DNA of 64,000 bases from Akkermansia muciniphila. GTDB lineage: Bacteria > Verrucomicrobiota > Kiritimatiellia > RFP12 > JAAYNR01. Made by a program: the position numbers and the translations under genes. Under the pieces are notes generated by a model. That model saw nothing but the letters and a program-made list of their open reading frames with translations, made no database searches and had not been told where the DNA came from. How positions within the stretch are numbered: the stretch's first letter is position 1; the number at the start of each line of letters is the position of its first letter. Shown piece by piece: positions 30,701 to 39,634 of the stretch. The stretch covers positions 34,666 to 98,665 of the forward strand of contig CAMBQN010000008.1 of assembly GCA_945870025.1 (NCBI GenBank), read 5' to 3'.

Positions 30701-30919
30701 CACGCAGGCGTCCACGCACGCAAACCACTCCTTGGAAAGATAGGTCGTGTCGAGTCCGACGCGCGAGTGCATGAAAAAGCCGCCCAGCCCCATGCGGTGC
30801 ATGACCTGGATCTGGCGCCGCAGCTCCTGAGGATCCAGCTTGCCGTTCCACGCCCAGAACGGCGCGCCACGATATTCGTTGCCGGGGTTCTTGAATGCTT
30901 CGATCTGTTTACGGTTCAT
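27782..30919 (-). CDS. Large cytoplasmic glycoside hydrolase, GH106 (alpha-L-rhamnosidase)-like, paralog 1
   Basis: The protein is ~1045 aa and begins MNRKQIEAFKNPGNEYRGAPFWAWNG. It is a close paralog of 35449..38568. Family assignment is inferred. Confidence 0.55.
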   Translation of the reverse strand: MNRKQIEAFKNPGNEYRGAPFWAWNGKLDPQELRRQIQVMHRMGLGGFFMHSRVGLDTTYLSKEWFACVDACVDEAKKLGMGAWLYDEDRWPSGAAGGLVTKNPKYRMRSAMVKMSDSAKGFKWTPDTLAAFVARIDGAVARNVRQVARNARPPVLAEGEKLVAFVVELQPCSSWYNDYTYLDTLSHAAVKEFIKVTHEAYRKRCGKEFGKTIPGMFTDEPNHGNKLGHDNNTGNPGGLPWTGSLLITFKKRYGYDLVPHLMALVFDVEGQTIAPARYHYHDCVTHLYVDAFCRQIGEWCAKNKLLFTGHQLEEDSLFRQTNMVGSCMRTYEYMQAPGMDLLTEHWRVFNTAKQVTSAAHQFGAKWRLTETYGCTGWDFPFAGHKALGDWQVAMGINLRCQHLAWYTMTGEAKRDYPAAIFYQSPWWELYPKVEDYFARIHAVMTQGEEVRDLLVIHPVESMWMMVKTGWHGNSDMHAFDDLPNKLTDRLLSEHLDFDFGDEEVMSRLAAVAKVGGAPVMRVGKGRYKAVLVPPMKTMRRSTLSLLKKFKVAGGVVSFVGEIACAIEGAVSDEVKAFSATCPHTPEIGAAVGATVAVARRLSIAGPDGCEITPALYLLREDKDAFYLFVCNTGDDYVKSNGHFMGQALARERTLAFGDVRIRGFAGCAGTPLELNPENAGMVAAQAARNGDGWEIRTSLPALGSRIFVIPKAAKSAVAACPAQVSVVRSEPLDDESWRITLSECANLVLDRPRYRIGKQPWQDHTEILRVDKAVRDALGVQHRGGSMVQPWAREKSKTPKSTTVTLAYTFDCQALPSGDLFLALEEPQTFRVALNGQAVSNTAESGWWVDRSLRKLPLDTACLKLGANELVLECEYAETHTGLEIVYLLGHFGTAVRETAVAMTAAPSALKIGDWCEQGLAFYSGSVAYRRTLDVKPTAGEKVFVRVPEYRGVAVRVLVNGQTAGIVGWEPNEVEITALLSGAPVELAIEVIGHRRNSHGPFHLTEKWPHWTGPDSFARWGDTWFEGYQLVPCGLMAAPVVEVRK

Positions 30920-30950
30920 CGTGCTTCCTTTGTTGATTTCCGTTGAGTCA

Positions 30951-31000
30951 TCTCCCACTCACACGCACCCACACACCCACACACCCACACACTCACACAT
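30951..31000. repeat. CA-rich half-copy of the GT/CA repeat family (copy C)
   Basis: The sequence is tcccactcacacgcacccacacacccacacacccacacactcacacat. Confidence 0.45.
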
Positions 31001-31002
31001 GC

Positions 31003-32139
31003 TCACTGCTCTCCCCCACCTCCCGCGCCACAGCGTCGGCGAGGTCGAGCAGTATAGCATCTTCTTCCGCCTGCCTCTAGCGTCAGAAGTGCGCGGATGG
31101 CCGCGATTTCCCTGGCTGTGACGCCGATCGCGCGAAGATAGCCTTCGACCTGACCTTTGATATCATTCGCACGCTGTCCGAAGGGACGCAGCGCGGCCCG
31201 CAACGCCTTGAACTCCGCTGAGGCTTGCGACCGCGGCCCCCACACGGACAGGGACGTCAACTCGTAATCATGCACCAGGTCCGGCAGTTTCACGCCCAAC
31301 AGGCCGTGAATGAGAAACGCCACCGTTCCGCCCCTGTCCGCCCCACCCCAGCAATGGAAGAGAACCGGATAGCGGCTTTCCTGCGCCAGTAATGCGAATA
31401 CGCGCCGATACGCGTCGCGCCCGGCGTCATCCACAATGCCCCCATACGGATTGATTGGGATATTCACCCATTCGACCTTGGAAGCGTTCAGCACGGACTT
31501 GACCTCTTCCGGTGCGCGCCGCAAATCGAGGTCCGTCCGGATCTTCAGTTCATGCACGAGCAATCGCTCGCCCGCCTCGGTGATGGTGAGGTGGCTATTC
31601 ATCTCCGAGGAGCGGTAAAGCATGCCTTGCCGCACGCGGCGGTTTCCGCCGGGTAGCGACCAGCCCCCCATGTCGCGCACATTGGTGATCTCCGGCACCC
31701 AGATCCAGCGCGGTGGAGCGTCATGCGTCACGAAGGAGCGAACGGCCGATTCGACCCCCCTGCCGTCCGCGTCCCGCGCCATTACCTTCCAGTAATAGCG
31801 GGTGCCGATGTGCAGATGGAACACCTCGCATTGCCCGCCGATTACGCCTCGGACGACGAGCGCATCCTGAAAATCGCGGTTTTGTGAGATCAGCAGATCA
31901 CACGCGCCCGTCCCGCGTTCGACCGTCCAGACAAAACGTACGGGCGAGGGGCGGCTCTTATCGTTATCTATCGAGACAACCCCATTCCGGTCGACCGGCC
32001 GCCACCAATCCGTCTTGTCGGAAGGCCGGACATGCTGCTGGCGTTTGTCGGCATGCGCAACCAGATGGTATTTCTGCATCGGCCTCGTCACCACCCCGCT
32101 ACGTGGCTCGATCAGCCGTATCGTGTTCCTGCTGTTCAT
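31003..32139 (-). CDS. CX5R protein-tyrosine/dual-specificity phosphatase-fold enzyme (Y_phosphatase3-like) with an N-terminal FN3-like domain
   Basis: The P-loop HCWGGADRGG matches C-x2-G-x-D-R-x-G. The start overlaps the GH36 stop by 4 nt. Confidence 0.6.
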   Translation of the reverse strand: MNSRNTIRLIEPRSGVVTRPMQKYHLVAHADKRQQHVRPSDKTDWWRPVDRNGVVSIDNDKSRPSPVRFVWTVERGTGACDLLISQNRDFQDALVVRGVIGGQCEVFHLHIGTRYYWKVMARDADGRGVESAVRSFVTHDAPPRWIWVPEITNVRDMGGWSLPGGNRRVRQGMLYRSSEMNSHLTITEAGERLLVHELKIRTDLDLRRAPEEVKSVLNASKVEWVNIPINPYGGIVDDAGRDAYRRVFALLAQESRYPVLFHCWGGADRGGTVAFLIHGLLGVKLPDLVHDYELTSLSVWGPRSQASAEFKALRAALRPFGQRANDIKGQVEGYLRAIGVTAREIAAIRALLTLEAGGRRCYTARPRRRCGAGGGGEQ

Positions 32140-34199
32140 ATCACATTTTTGTCCCCATGTGGCCGGATCACAAACACCGAAGCGCGCCGATGCACAATCC
32201 CGAACTGGGGCGCGGAGAACCCATCACGCAGGAGACTCGCGCCATCGACGGACACGGTCTTCTTCTCGCCGCCAAATCCGATCTCTACCGCATACTGCCT
32301 CGTGGCGTCGAGACCAACCGGACAGAGCGACGGCGGTGCCCCGGCATTTCCAAGCCGGTAGGCAAAGACCAGGGTGGCATCCTCTCCGGGACTCTGGAGT
32401 TGGAACCCGACCCAGCCATCGCGCTGCTCGATCGGCGCGGGCGGCGTCAGCAGGTGGCCAGCCGAGCGGGCAATAAAGCCGCGCCACGGTTTGTAGAACG
32501 CGACTGCCTCGGCGACCCGTCTCAGTTGTTCCGGCGTCAGGCCAGCCAGGTCGCCGCCGAGCCCCATCATGCTAGCCATCCCGTCCACCAGGGAAAGATC
32601 CAGATCCGCCCGCTCCATATCCCACCAACCCGCGCCGCAGGGCACCAGCAGCATAGGCGGGGCGTTTTCCACGGAAGTGCCATATCCCGGCACAATGTGC
32701 GAGGCGGAACGGAGCACACACCAGATCGTGATCCGGCCGGGCGGCAGCCGCAACCACGCGCCCTGCAGAAGCCGGAGCATATCGGTCGGATTCGACGTGT
32801 CACTCAGGAAATGCCCATCAAAATGACAGAGGGTCTCCAGGTCGCCGCGCAAGGCGCCACTGGAACACCCCTCGAAGAAGGTGGCCGGGTAGGCCGCGCG
32901 AATCTCGTCGAGCAGGCCGTACCAGGCGCCTGTGTAGTCGGCCAGCTCCCCGCCCGAGGCGTCGGGATCGAGCCTGAAATTGAAATCCACCTTCATCCAA
33001 GCCAGGCGATACGTTTCCACCAGCCGCCCGATCTCGCCGCGCAACCAGGCGCGGGCCGCCGGCAGCGTCAAATCCAGACGGGCTGAGTCCCCGACCGGGA
33101 TAAACCACTCCGGATGCTCGCCGCGAATCGGCGCCCTTGGCCCATACTTCTCCGGTTCCATCCAAAGTCCAAAACCGAGCCCCGCGGCGCGTACCTCGTC
33201 CGCAAACTCGCTCATGCGGCCAAAAAAAGCGCCATTGTGCTTCTCGCGCCAGTCGCCGGTCTGTTCGCCCCAGCCGCCCTCGCTGGCGCCATACCAGCCG
33301 GCATCGACCACAAATATTTCGCACCCCGCCTCCTTGGCGGCGGCGAGCTGCCGCCGCAGGCGCGGCACTTCGAGCACCTCATGCTGATCAAACCACGAGT
33401 TATAGACGAACGGCGCTTCCGGTTTCGCATTGCGCAGTCGGCCCGCCACCAGGTACCGGTGCAGCGCTGGCGCGGCCAGATGGACCTCGCCCTGCGGCAA
33501 GGACTGAAACAGGATCTCCGGCAACGCCATGGACTCGCCGGGCTTCAGCGTGCGGCTCAGGTTTTCGTCGGCCAGCCCCAGTTCCACCACCGTATAGGGC
33601 ACGTTTGGGTACACCCGGATCGTCCAGTTGCCGCACGGCAGGACGTGGCAGGCCAGGCCTTGGCCGCCGTCCACAGCGCGCAGGCCCAGATAGGGGGTGA
33701 ATCCTTCCGTGGGGCGGCCGGAGATATGGCTCAGGCGCAGACCGGCGTGCAGCGGATGCCACGCCCCCTGATTCTCGCGACACCAACTGCTGGCCTGGGT
33801 GTAGCACTCGTAGCTGACCGATGACAGCGCGAACCGCGCCAGGCAGCGCGAGAGCACCACTGGTTTGGTGCCCGTGTTGCACAGGGTGTCCCGCCGGCTG
33901 ACCACCCCGGTCGATGGATCACCCTGCCAGGCTGTCGTCAGGCGCAGTCCCGTCTGGCCGACCTTCCATTCGCAGCGCACGACAGCAGGCGACTCCTCAA
34001 CCTTGTCGAGCACGAGTTGCCCGGCCTCAAAGGGCTGCCCGTCCACCTTCAGCAGCGCCACACCTTGCGCGAACCCCTGGTCGCTCTCCTCGCCCTGCCG
34101 CCCCAGCAACATCCCGCACAGGCGCACCAACCAGAATCGGTTGTCGCCACGGGCGTAAACGGTTCCGGTAATCAAGTCATTCATTTGTGTCGTACTCAT
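32136..34199 (-). CDS. GH36 alpha-galactosidase
   Basis: Motifs AWMKVDFNFRL and GLWMEPE are present. Length is 687 aa. Confidence 0.7.
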   Translation of the reverse strand: MSTTQMNDLITGTVYARGDNRFWLVRLCGMLLGRQGEESDQGFAQGVALLKVDGQPFEAGQLVLDKVEESPAVVRCEWKVGQTGLRLTTAWQGDPSTGVVSRRDTLCNTGTKPVVLSRCLARFALSSVSYECYTQASSWCRENQGAWHPLHAGLRLSHISGRPTEGFTPYLGLRAVDGGQGLACHVLPCGNWTIRVYPNVPYTVVELGLADENLSRTLKPGESMALPEILFQSLPQGEVHLAAPALHRYLVAGRLRNAKPEAPFVYNSWFDQHEVLEVPRLRRQLAAAKEAGCEIFVVDAGWYGASEGGWGEQTGDWREKHNGAFFGRMSEFADEVRAAGLGFGLWMEPEKYGPRAPIRGEHPEWFIPVGDSARLDLTLPAARAWLRGEIGRLVETYRLAWMKVDFNFRLDPDASGGELADYTGAWYGLLDEIRAAYPATFFEGCSSGALRGDLETLCHFDGHFLSDTSNPTDMLRLLQGAWLRLPPGRITIWCVLRSASHIVPGYGTSVENAPPMLLVPCGAGWWDMERADLDLSLVDGMASMMGLGGDLAGLTPEQLRRVAEAVAFYKPWRGFIARSAGHLLTPPAPIEQRDGWVGFQLQSPGEDATLVFAYRLGNAGAPPSLCPVGLDATRQYAVEIGFGGEKKTVSVDGASLLRDGFSAPQFGIVHRRASVFVIRPHGDKNVI

Positions 34200-34320
34200 C
34201 GTGTCAGTTCCTCCAAAGTGGCGGGAGCATCCTGCTCCCGCGTCGCCTTCAATAGCATCTTGCCCGTTACACAGGGGAGCTGGAAGCTCCCCCCACTATG
34301 TTGTTTTGTGCGCTACTCCA

Positions 34321-35394
34321 TCAGTTGTACATGACAGATCGCGCCTCGGCGATGATGCGACGAACAGGCAATCCGTTCGGGCAGCGGGACTCGCACTTGC
34401 CGCACTCGCGGCAGAGATCCAGGCGCAACCCTTCCTCCCACTGCTTCTCCTTGAACGCCGCCTTCGCGCTCTCCATGCCCAGATACTTGAAGGCGTTGTA
34501 GTACGAGAGCGCTGCTCCCACCGTAATACGTTCGGGACACGGCGAGCAATAGCCGCAGGCGGTGCAGCGTTTCTCGTCGGTTTCCATCATGGAGCGAATC
34601 TTCGCGAGGATCTCCCCGGCGGACGGCTTGTACGTCGGCATGGTGTCCTGAATCCATTTGGCGTACTGGACTTCTTCTACGGAACTGAAGCCGATCAGGG
34701 GGTGCACGCCCTCCAGCCGCATCAGGTAGCGCAAGGCCAGCTCCTTGAGATCATCGCGCGATGCCAGGAAGCCGCCGGCCAGCGGATTCATGGCAATGAC
34801 CTTAATCCCTTGCGCGTTGCAGAAATCCACCACCGGCAGGCGCATCGTGTTGATGACGTTCAAGGGCAAGGTGACAGTTTCGAACTTGCCGGACTTCAGA
34901 AACCGGATGATGGTCTCGGAATCGGCGTGCGTCGTAATGCCCAGATGAGACCATTGCGTCTTTTTCGACAGGACGCCCTCACACCACCCGCCCGGCCGCA
35001 TGGCCTCGGCGAACTGCTCGTCGGTGTGGGTGGTCCACAGATGGTAGTAGTCCACGCCGGACAAGTTGAGCCGGCGCAGCGACTGATCGAACACCTGACG
35101 CAATTGAGCCGCTGTCCGCACGCCGAAACCGCCAGCGGGGTCGAATTCGCCGAGGCCGAAGCCGCCATCCCCGGGTGCACATTTGGTCGACACCATCACG
35201 CGGGAACGGTAGTTCGGCTCCGATAACGCCTCACCGACCCAGCTTTCCGAATTCTCCGTTTCGCTTGCCCGGCAATAGCAGGGGGACGTGTCGATGTAGT
35301 TGAACCCGGCGTCGATAGCCGCCCGCAAAGTCTGTACACCCGACTTCCGATCCTTCAGGCGCATGCCGCCGACCACGATCTTGCTCATCTCCAT
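34321..35394 (-). CDS. Aldo/keto reductase fused to a C-terminal 2x[4Fe-4S] ferredoxin-like domain
   Basis: An AKR TIM barrel is followed by CTACGYCSPCPE and CRECGKCESRCPNG. The start is placed at MEMSKIVVGG because ggaga lies 8 nt upstream. Confidence 0.65.
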   Translation of the reverse strand: MEMSKIVVGGMRLKDRKSGVQTLRAAIDAGFNYIDTSPCYCRASETENSESWVGEALSEPNYRSRVMVSTKCAPGDGGFGLGEFDPAGGFGVRTAAQLRQVFDQSLRRLNLSGVDYYHLWTTHTDEQFAEAMRPGGWCEGVLSKKTQWSHLGITTHADSETIIRFLKSGKFETVTLPLNVINTMRLPVVDFCNAQGIKVIAMNPLAGGFLASRDDLKELALRYLMRLEGVHPLIGFSSVEEVQYAKWIQDTMPTYKPSAGEILAKIRSMMETDEKRCTACGYCSPCPERITVGAALSYYNAFKYLGMESAKAAFKEKQWEEGLRLDLCRECGKCESRCPNGLPVRRIIAEARSVMYN

Positions 35395-35448
35395 ATATTT
35401 TTCTCCGCTAATCGAAACGCGCAAGTGTACCCCTGCCGCGCCGGCACA

Positions 35449-38400
35449 TCAATGCCGCACTTCCACCACTGGCGGTGCCATCAGGCCGCACGGCACCAAC
35501 TGATATCCCTCAAACCACCGATCCGCGCCACACGTGTACTCGCCCGGTCCCGTCCATTCGGGCCACTTCTCGGTAATATGAAAGGGACCATGCGAGTTGC
35601 GACGGTGACCAATCACTTCGATCGCCAGCTCGACCGGGGCACCGGTAAGCCACGACGTGACTTCCACCTCGTTCGGCTCCCAGCCGATGATCCCCGCCGC
35701 CTGCCCATTGACCAACACACGCACCGCCACGCCGCGGTAGTCCGGCACACGCACGAACACCCTCTCGCCAGCCGTCGGTTTCAGATCCAGCGTGCGCCGG
35801 TAGGCCACTGACCCACTATAGAAAGCCAACCCTTGCTCGCACCAGTCACCGACCTTCAAGGCCTTCGGCATCGCGGTCATCGACACCACCGTGTCGGCCA
35901 CCTTCGTCCCGAAATGGCCCAGCAGGTAAACGATCTCCAGCCCCGGATGGGTCTCGGCATAGTCGCACTCCAGCACGATTTCATTCGTGCCAAGTTTCAG
36001 GAAGGCGCTGTTCACCGGCAACTTGCGCAGCGAGCAGTCCACCCACCAGCCACACTCCGCCGTCGCGGTGATCGCGTGGCCGTTGAGCGCCACTCGGAAC
36101 GTCTGCGGCTCCTCCAACGCCAGATAGAGATCGCCCGACGGAATGGCGTGGCAATCGAACACATACACCAACGTGACCTTGGTGGTTTTCGGGTGCTGCG
36201 GCTTCTGCCGTGCCCACGGCTGCACCATGCTGCCGCCGCGGCGCGGAATGCCCAGCGCGTCGCGTACCGCGTGATCCACCCGAAGGATCTCGGCGGCAGG
36301 TTGCCAGGGCTGCGGGCCGATCCGGTAGCGCGGTCGGTCCAGCACCAGGTTGGCGCATTCCGACAGCGTGATCTTCCAGTCGGCATCGGCCAGCGGCACC
36401 ACGCGAACCACGTCGGTCGCTGCCGGGCGAGTTACCAGAACTCCGTCCTTCGCAGGCTGCTTGGGCACGACAAACAGCCGACTCCCCAACTCCGGCAACG
36501 ACGTGCGAATCTCCCAGCCGGCGCCCGCGCGCACCGCCACGGCCGTGGCGATTGAACCGTCATCCGGATTCAACTCCAGCGGCACCCCCTCACACCCGGT
36601 GAATCCGCGGATGCGCACATCGCCAAAAGCCAGCTTGCGCTCGCACACCGGCGGCTGGTGCTGCATGCCGCAAGTGGCATGCACAAAATCCTCGCCGGTA
36701 TTGCAGACAAAGAGATAGAAGGCCTCTTTGTCCTCACGCAGTAAATAGAGCGCCGGCCCGATTTCGCAACCGTCGGGGCCGACGATGGATAGACGGCGCG
36801 CCACCGCCACCGGCGCAATCATGGCCGGACCGATCTCCGGCGTATGAGGGCAGGTGGCAGCAAAGGTCTTCACGTCGTCGCAAAGCGCCCCCTCGATGGC
36901 GGAGGCAATCTCTCCCACAAACGTCACGACACCGCCCGCCGCCTTGAACTTCTTGAGAAGCTCCAGCGTGCTGCGCCGCAGGGTCTTCTGTGGCGGCACT
37001 AGCACAGCCTTGTAGCCGGCCTTGCCCACGCGCAGCACCGGCGCACCTTGCCCACGCACAACCCGGGCGTGGCGCGACATCAGCTCCTCGTCACCAAAAT
37101 CGAAATCCAGATGCGCGGCCAGCAGCGCGCAGGTCATCCGGTTGAAGCTCTCGTTCAGCTCCTTCACCACCGGATCGGACTGCCAACCCGTCTTAACCAG
37201 CGTCCACATGCTCTCGACCGGGTGAACCACCAGCAGGTCGCGCACCTCCTCGCCCTGCGTCATCACGGCATGTATGCGCGCGAAGTAGTCTTCCACCTTC
37301 GTATACACCTGCCACCAGGGCGACTGGTAGAAGATGCCGGCCGGGTAGTCGCGCTTGGCCTCGCCCGACATCGTGTACCAGGCGAGATGCTGACAACGGA
37401 GATTGATGCCCAGCGCCGCCTGCCAATCGCCGAGGGCCTTGTGCCCGGCGAACGGGAAGTCCCAGCCGGTGCAGCCGTAGGTCTCGGTCAGGCGCCATTT
37501 CGCACCGAACTGATGCGCGGCGGAGGAGACCTGCTTGGCGGTGTTGAAGACCCGCCAGTGCTCGGTGAGCACATCCATGCCCGGCGCCTGCATGTATTCG
37601 TAGGTGCGCATGCTGCTGCCGACGTAGGTGGTCTGCATGCACAGGTCGTCCTCGTGATGGTGCCCGGTGAACAACATGCCATGCTTCCGGCACCACTCGC
37701 CAATCGGACGACAGAACGACTCCACGTAAAGGTACGTGAGGCACTCGTTGTAGTGGTAACGCGCCGGGGTCATCCCCTCGCCATCCACATCATAGACAAG
37801 CTCCATGAGATGCGGCAGCAAGTCGTAGCCATAGCGCTTCCGGAACACAGCGGGGAAGCGCCCCGTCCACGGCAGGTTATGCCACCCCATGCGATAGCCG
37901 TGGTTCGGCTCGTCCGTGAAGATCCCCGGAATGGTCTTACCGAACTCCCCGCCACAGCGCTTGCGATACGCTTCGTGCGTGATCTGGATGAACGCAGCCA
38001 CGGCCTCCGGATTGAGCGTGTCGAGGTAGGTGAACCCGTTGTACCCGTCGTTGCACCCCTGTATCTCCACCTCAAAGACGACCAGCTTCTCCCCCTCGGC
38101 AAGCCTGGGCGGCCGAGAACCGCGCGGCACCGGACGCACGTCACGGGCCACCGCGCCATCGATGCGCGCCACAAAGGCGGCCAGCACATCCGGTGTCCAC
38201 TTGAATCCCGCGGCGGTGTCGCGCACCCGGGCCCGGAGGTCACGCATGCGGTATTTCGGATTCTTCGTCACCAACCCGCCGGCCGGACCCGACGGCCAAC
38301 GGTCCTCGTCGTAGAGCCAGGCGTTCATCTTCAGCTTCTTCGCCTCGTCCACGCAGGCATTCACGCAATCGAACCATTCTTTCGACAGGTACGGCGTGTC

Positions 38401-38568
38401 GAGCCCCACGCGCGAGTGCATAAAGAAGCCGCCCAGCCCCATGCGGTGCATGACGCGGACCTGCCGGCGCAGCTCCTCCGGAGCCAGCTTGCCGTTCCAC
38501 GCCCAGAACGGCGCGCCACGAAAGTCGTTGCCGGGGTTCTGGAAGGTTTTAATCTGCCTGCGATTCAT
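35449..38568 (-). CDS. Large cytoplasmic glycoside hydrolase, GH106-like, paralog 2
   Basis: The protein is ~1040 aa and begins MNRRQIKTFQNPGNDFRGAPFWAWNG. The start overlaps the stop of the upstream URO-D-like gene. Confidence 0.55.
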   Translation of the reverse strand: MNRRQIKTFQNPGNDFRGAPFWAWNGKLAPEELRRQVRVMHRMGLGGFFMHSRVGLDTPYLSKEWFDCVNACVDEAKKLKMNAWLYDEDRWPSGPAGGLVTKNPKYRMRDLRARVRDTAAGFKWTPDVLAAFVARIDGAVARDVRPVPRGSRPPRLAEGEKLVVFEVEIQGCNDGYNGFTYLDTLNPEAVAAFIQITHEAYRKRCGGEFGKTIPGIFTDEPNHGYRMGWHNLPWTGRFPAVFRKRYGYDLLPHLMELVYDVDGEGMTPARYHYNECLTYLYVESFCRPIGEWCRKHGMLFTGHHHEDDLCMQTTYVGSSMRTYEYMQAPGMDVLTEHWRVFNTAKQVSSAAHQFGAKWRLTETYGCTGWDFPFAGHKALGDWQAALGINLRCQHLAWYTMSGEAKRDYPAGIFYQSPWWQVYTKVEDYFARIHAVMTQGEEVRDLLVVHPVESMWTLVKTGWQSDPVVKELNESFNRMTCALLAAHLDFDFGDEELMSRHARVVRGQGAPVLRVGKAGYKAVLVPPQKTLRRSTLELLKKFKAAGGVVTFVGEIASAIEGALCDDVKTFAATCPHTPEIGPAMIAPVAVARRLSIVGPDGCEIGPALYLLREDKEAFYLFVCNTGEDFVHATCGMQHQPPVCERKLAFGDVRIRGFTGCEGVPLELNPDDGSIATAVAVRAGAGWEIRTSLPELGSRLFVVPKQPAKDGVLVTRPAATDVVRVVPLADADWKITLSECANLVLDRPRYRIGPQPWQPAAEILRVDHAVRDALGIPRRGGSMVQPWARQKPQHPKTTKVTLVYVFDCHAIPSGDLYLALEEPQTFRVALNGHAITATAECGWWVDCSLRKLPVNSAFLKLGTNEIVLECDYAETHPGLEIVYLLGHFGTKVADTVVSMTAMPKALKVGDWCEQGLAFYSGSVAYRRTLDLKPTAGERVFVRVPDYRGVAVRVLVNGQAAGIIGWEPNEVEVTSWLTGAPVELAIEVIGHRRNSHGPFHITEKWPEWTGPGEYTCGADRWFEGYQLVPCGLMAPPVVEVRH

Positions 38569-39623
38569 GCGCGCTTCCCGTACTTCCACGCTTCGTCGTA
38601 CATCGCGATGATGTTCTCCACAGGCGAGACGACCTGCAGATTGTGGCAGGGCGCCAGGATATAGCCGGTGCCATCGCTGGCCAGCGCGTCGATGCAGTGC
38701 CGCACTTCGGCACGGACCTCTTCCGGCGTGCCGAACGGCAGGATGCGCTGGTTCTCGATCGCGCCATGGAAACAGATCTTCCTCCCGAACTCGGCCTTCA
38801 ACTCCTTCATGTCCATGCCGGGGCAGGTCCACTGGATCGGATTCAGTATATCGATCCCCATCTCCATCAGCAGCGGCAGGAACGGCCGGCAGCTACCGTC
38901 GTCGTGATGGAAGACCTTGACGCCGAACTCGTGACAAAGGTCTATGAAGCGCTTGTGATGCGGCGCATAGAACTCCTTGTAGAGCTCCATGCTGATCAGG
39001 GGACCGGTCTGGCTGCCGAGATCGTCCGTGACCTGAGCGACGTCAATGAGCCCCTCGCAGGACTCAAACATCCGGCGGTGCTGCGCATAAAAGAAGTCCG
39101 CGATGCGCCCCACAAGATAGTGCGTGAACTCCGGATCCAGCAGCGGGTCAATCAGCGACTGCTCAAGGCCCCGGAGCAGGTTATGAAAATAGAAGGGCGC
39201 CATGTAACCGCATTGCACGGCATGGGTCTTGCGCGCCTCCACCGCATACGCACGCATTCCGGAATAGTCGAACCACTCGGCCTTCGGCCAGGCATATTTC
39301 TTCAGGTCATCGATGGTTTCCGCAGCGGCCAGCGGATAGAAACACTGCTCATCGTAAGCGCCGCCCTCGTGCGGCACACGCCGGTTGCGGACGCCCCAAA
39401 AGTCCACGGACTCGCCTGCAGCTACCGGCGGCAGTGCTGGACCGATGTAGGCAGCACCAGTCCATCCGAAGCCGTCGATGTGCAACTCCTTGTTGATGTC
39501 GACGCCTTCGCCGAAATGATTACGGAGTTTCGCCCACACCTCTCCGGTCGCCCAGATATCCGTGGGGATCCGATCCACCGGTTGATGATTGATAGCGGCC
39601 AGCATTCGTTCTCTTGCATTCAT
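38565..39623 (-). CDS. URO-D-like family protein, paralog B
   Basis: Length is 352 aa. It has a URO-D/MtaA-like fold (FHHDDGSC, YILAPCHN) and is translationally coupled to GH106-like paralog 2. Confidence 0.65.
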   Translation of the reverse strand: MNARERMLAAINHQPVDRIPTDIWATGEVWAKLRNHFGEGVDINKELHIDGFGWTGAAYIGPALPPVAAGESVDFWGVRNRRVPHEGGAYDEQCFYPLAAAETIDDLKKYAWPKAEWFDYSGMRAYAVEARKTHAVQCGYMAPFYFHNLLRGLEQSLIDPLLDPEFTHYLVGRIADFFYAQHRRMFESCEGLIDVAQVTDDLGSQTGPLISMELYKEFYAPHHKRFIDLCHEFGVKVFHHDDGSCRPFLPLLMEMGIDILNPIQWTCPGMDMKELKAEFGRKICFHGAIENQRILPFGTPEEVRAEVRHCIDALASDGTGYILAPCHNLQVVSPVENIIAMYDEAWKYGKRA

Positions 39624-39634
39624 AGTTGCCTTTC

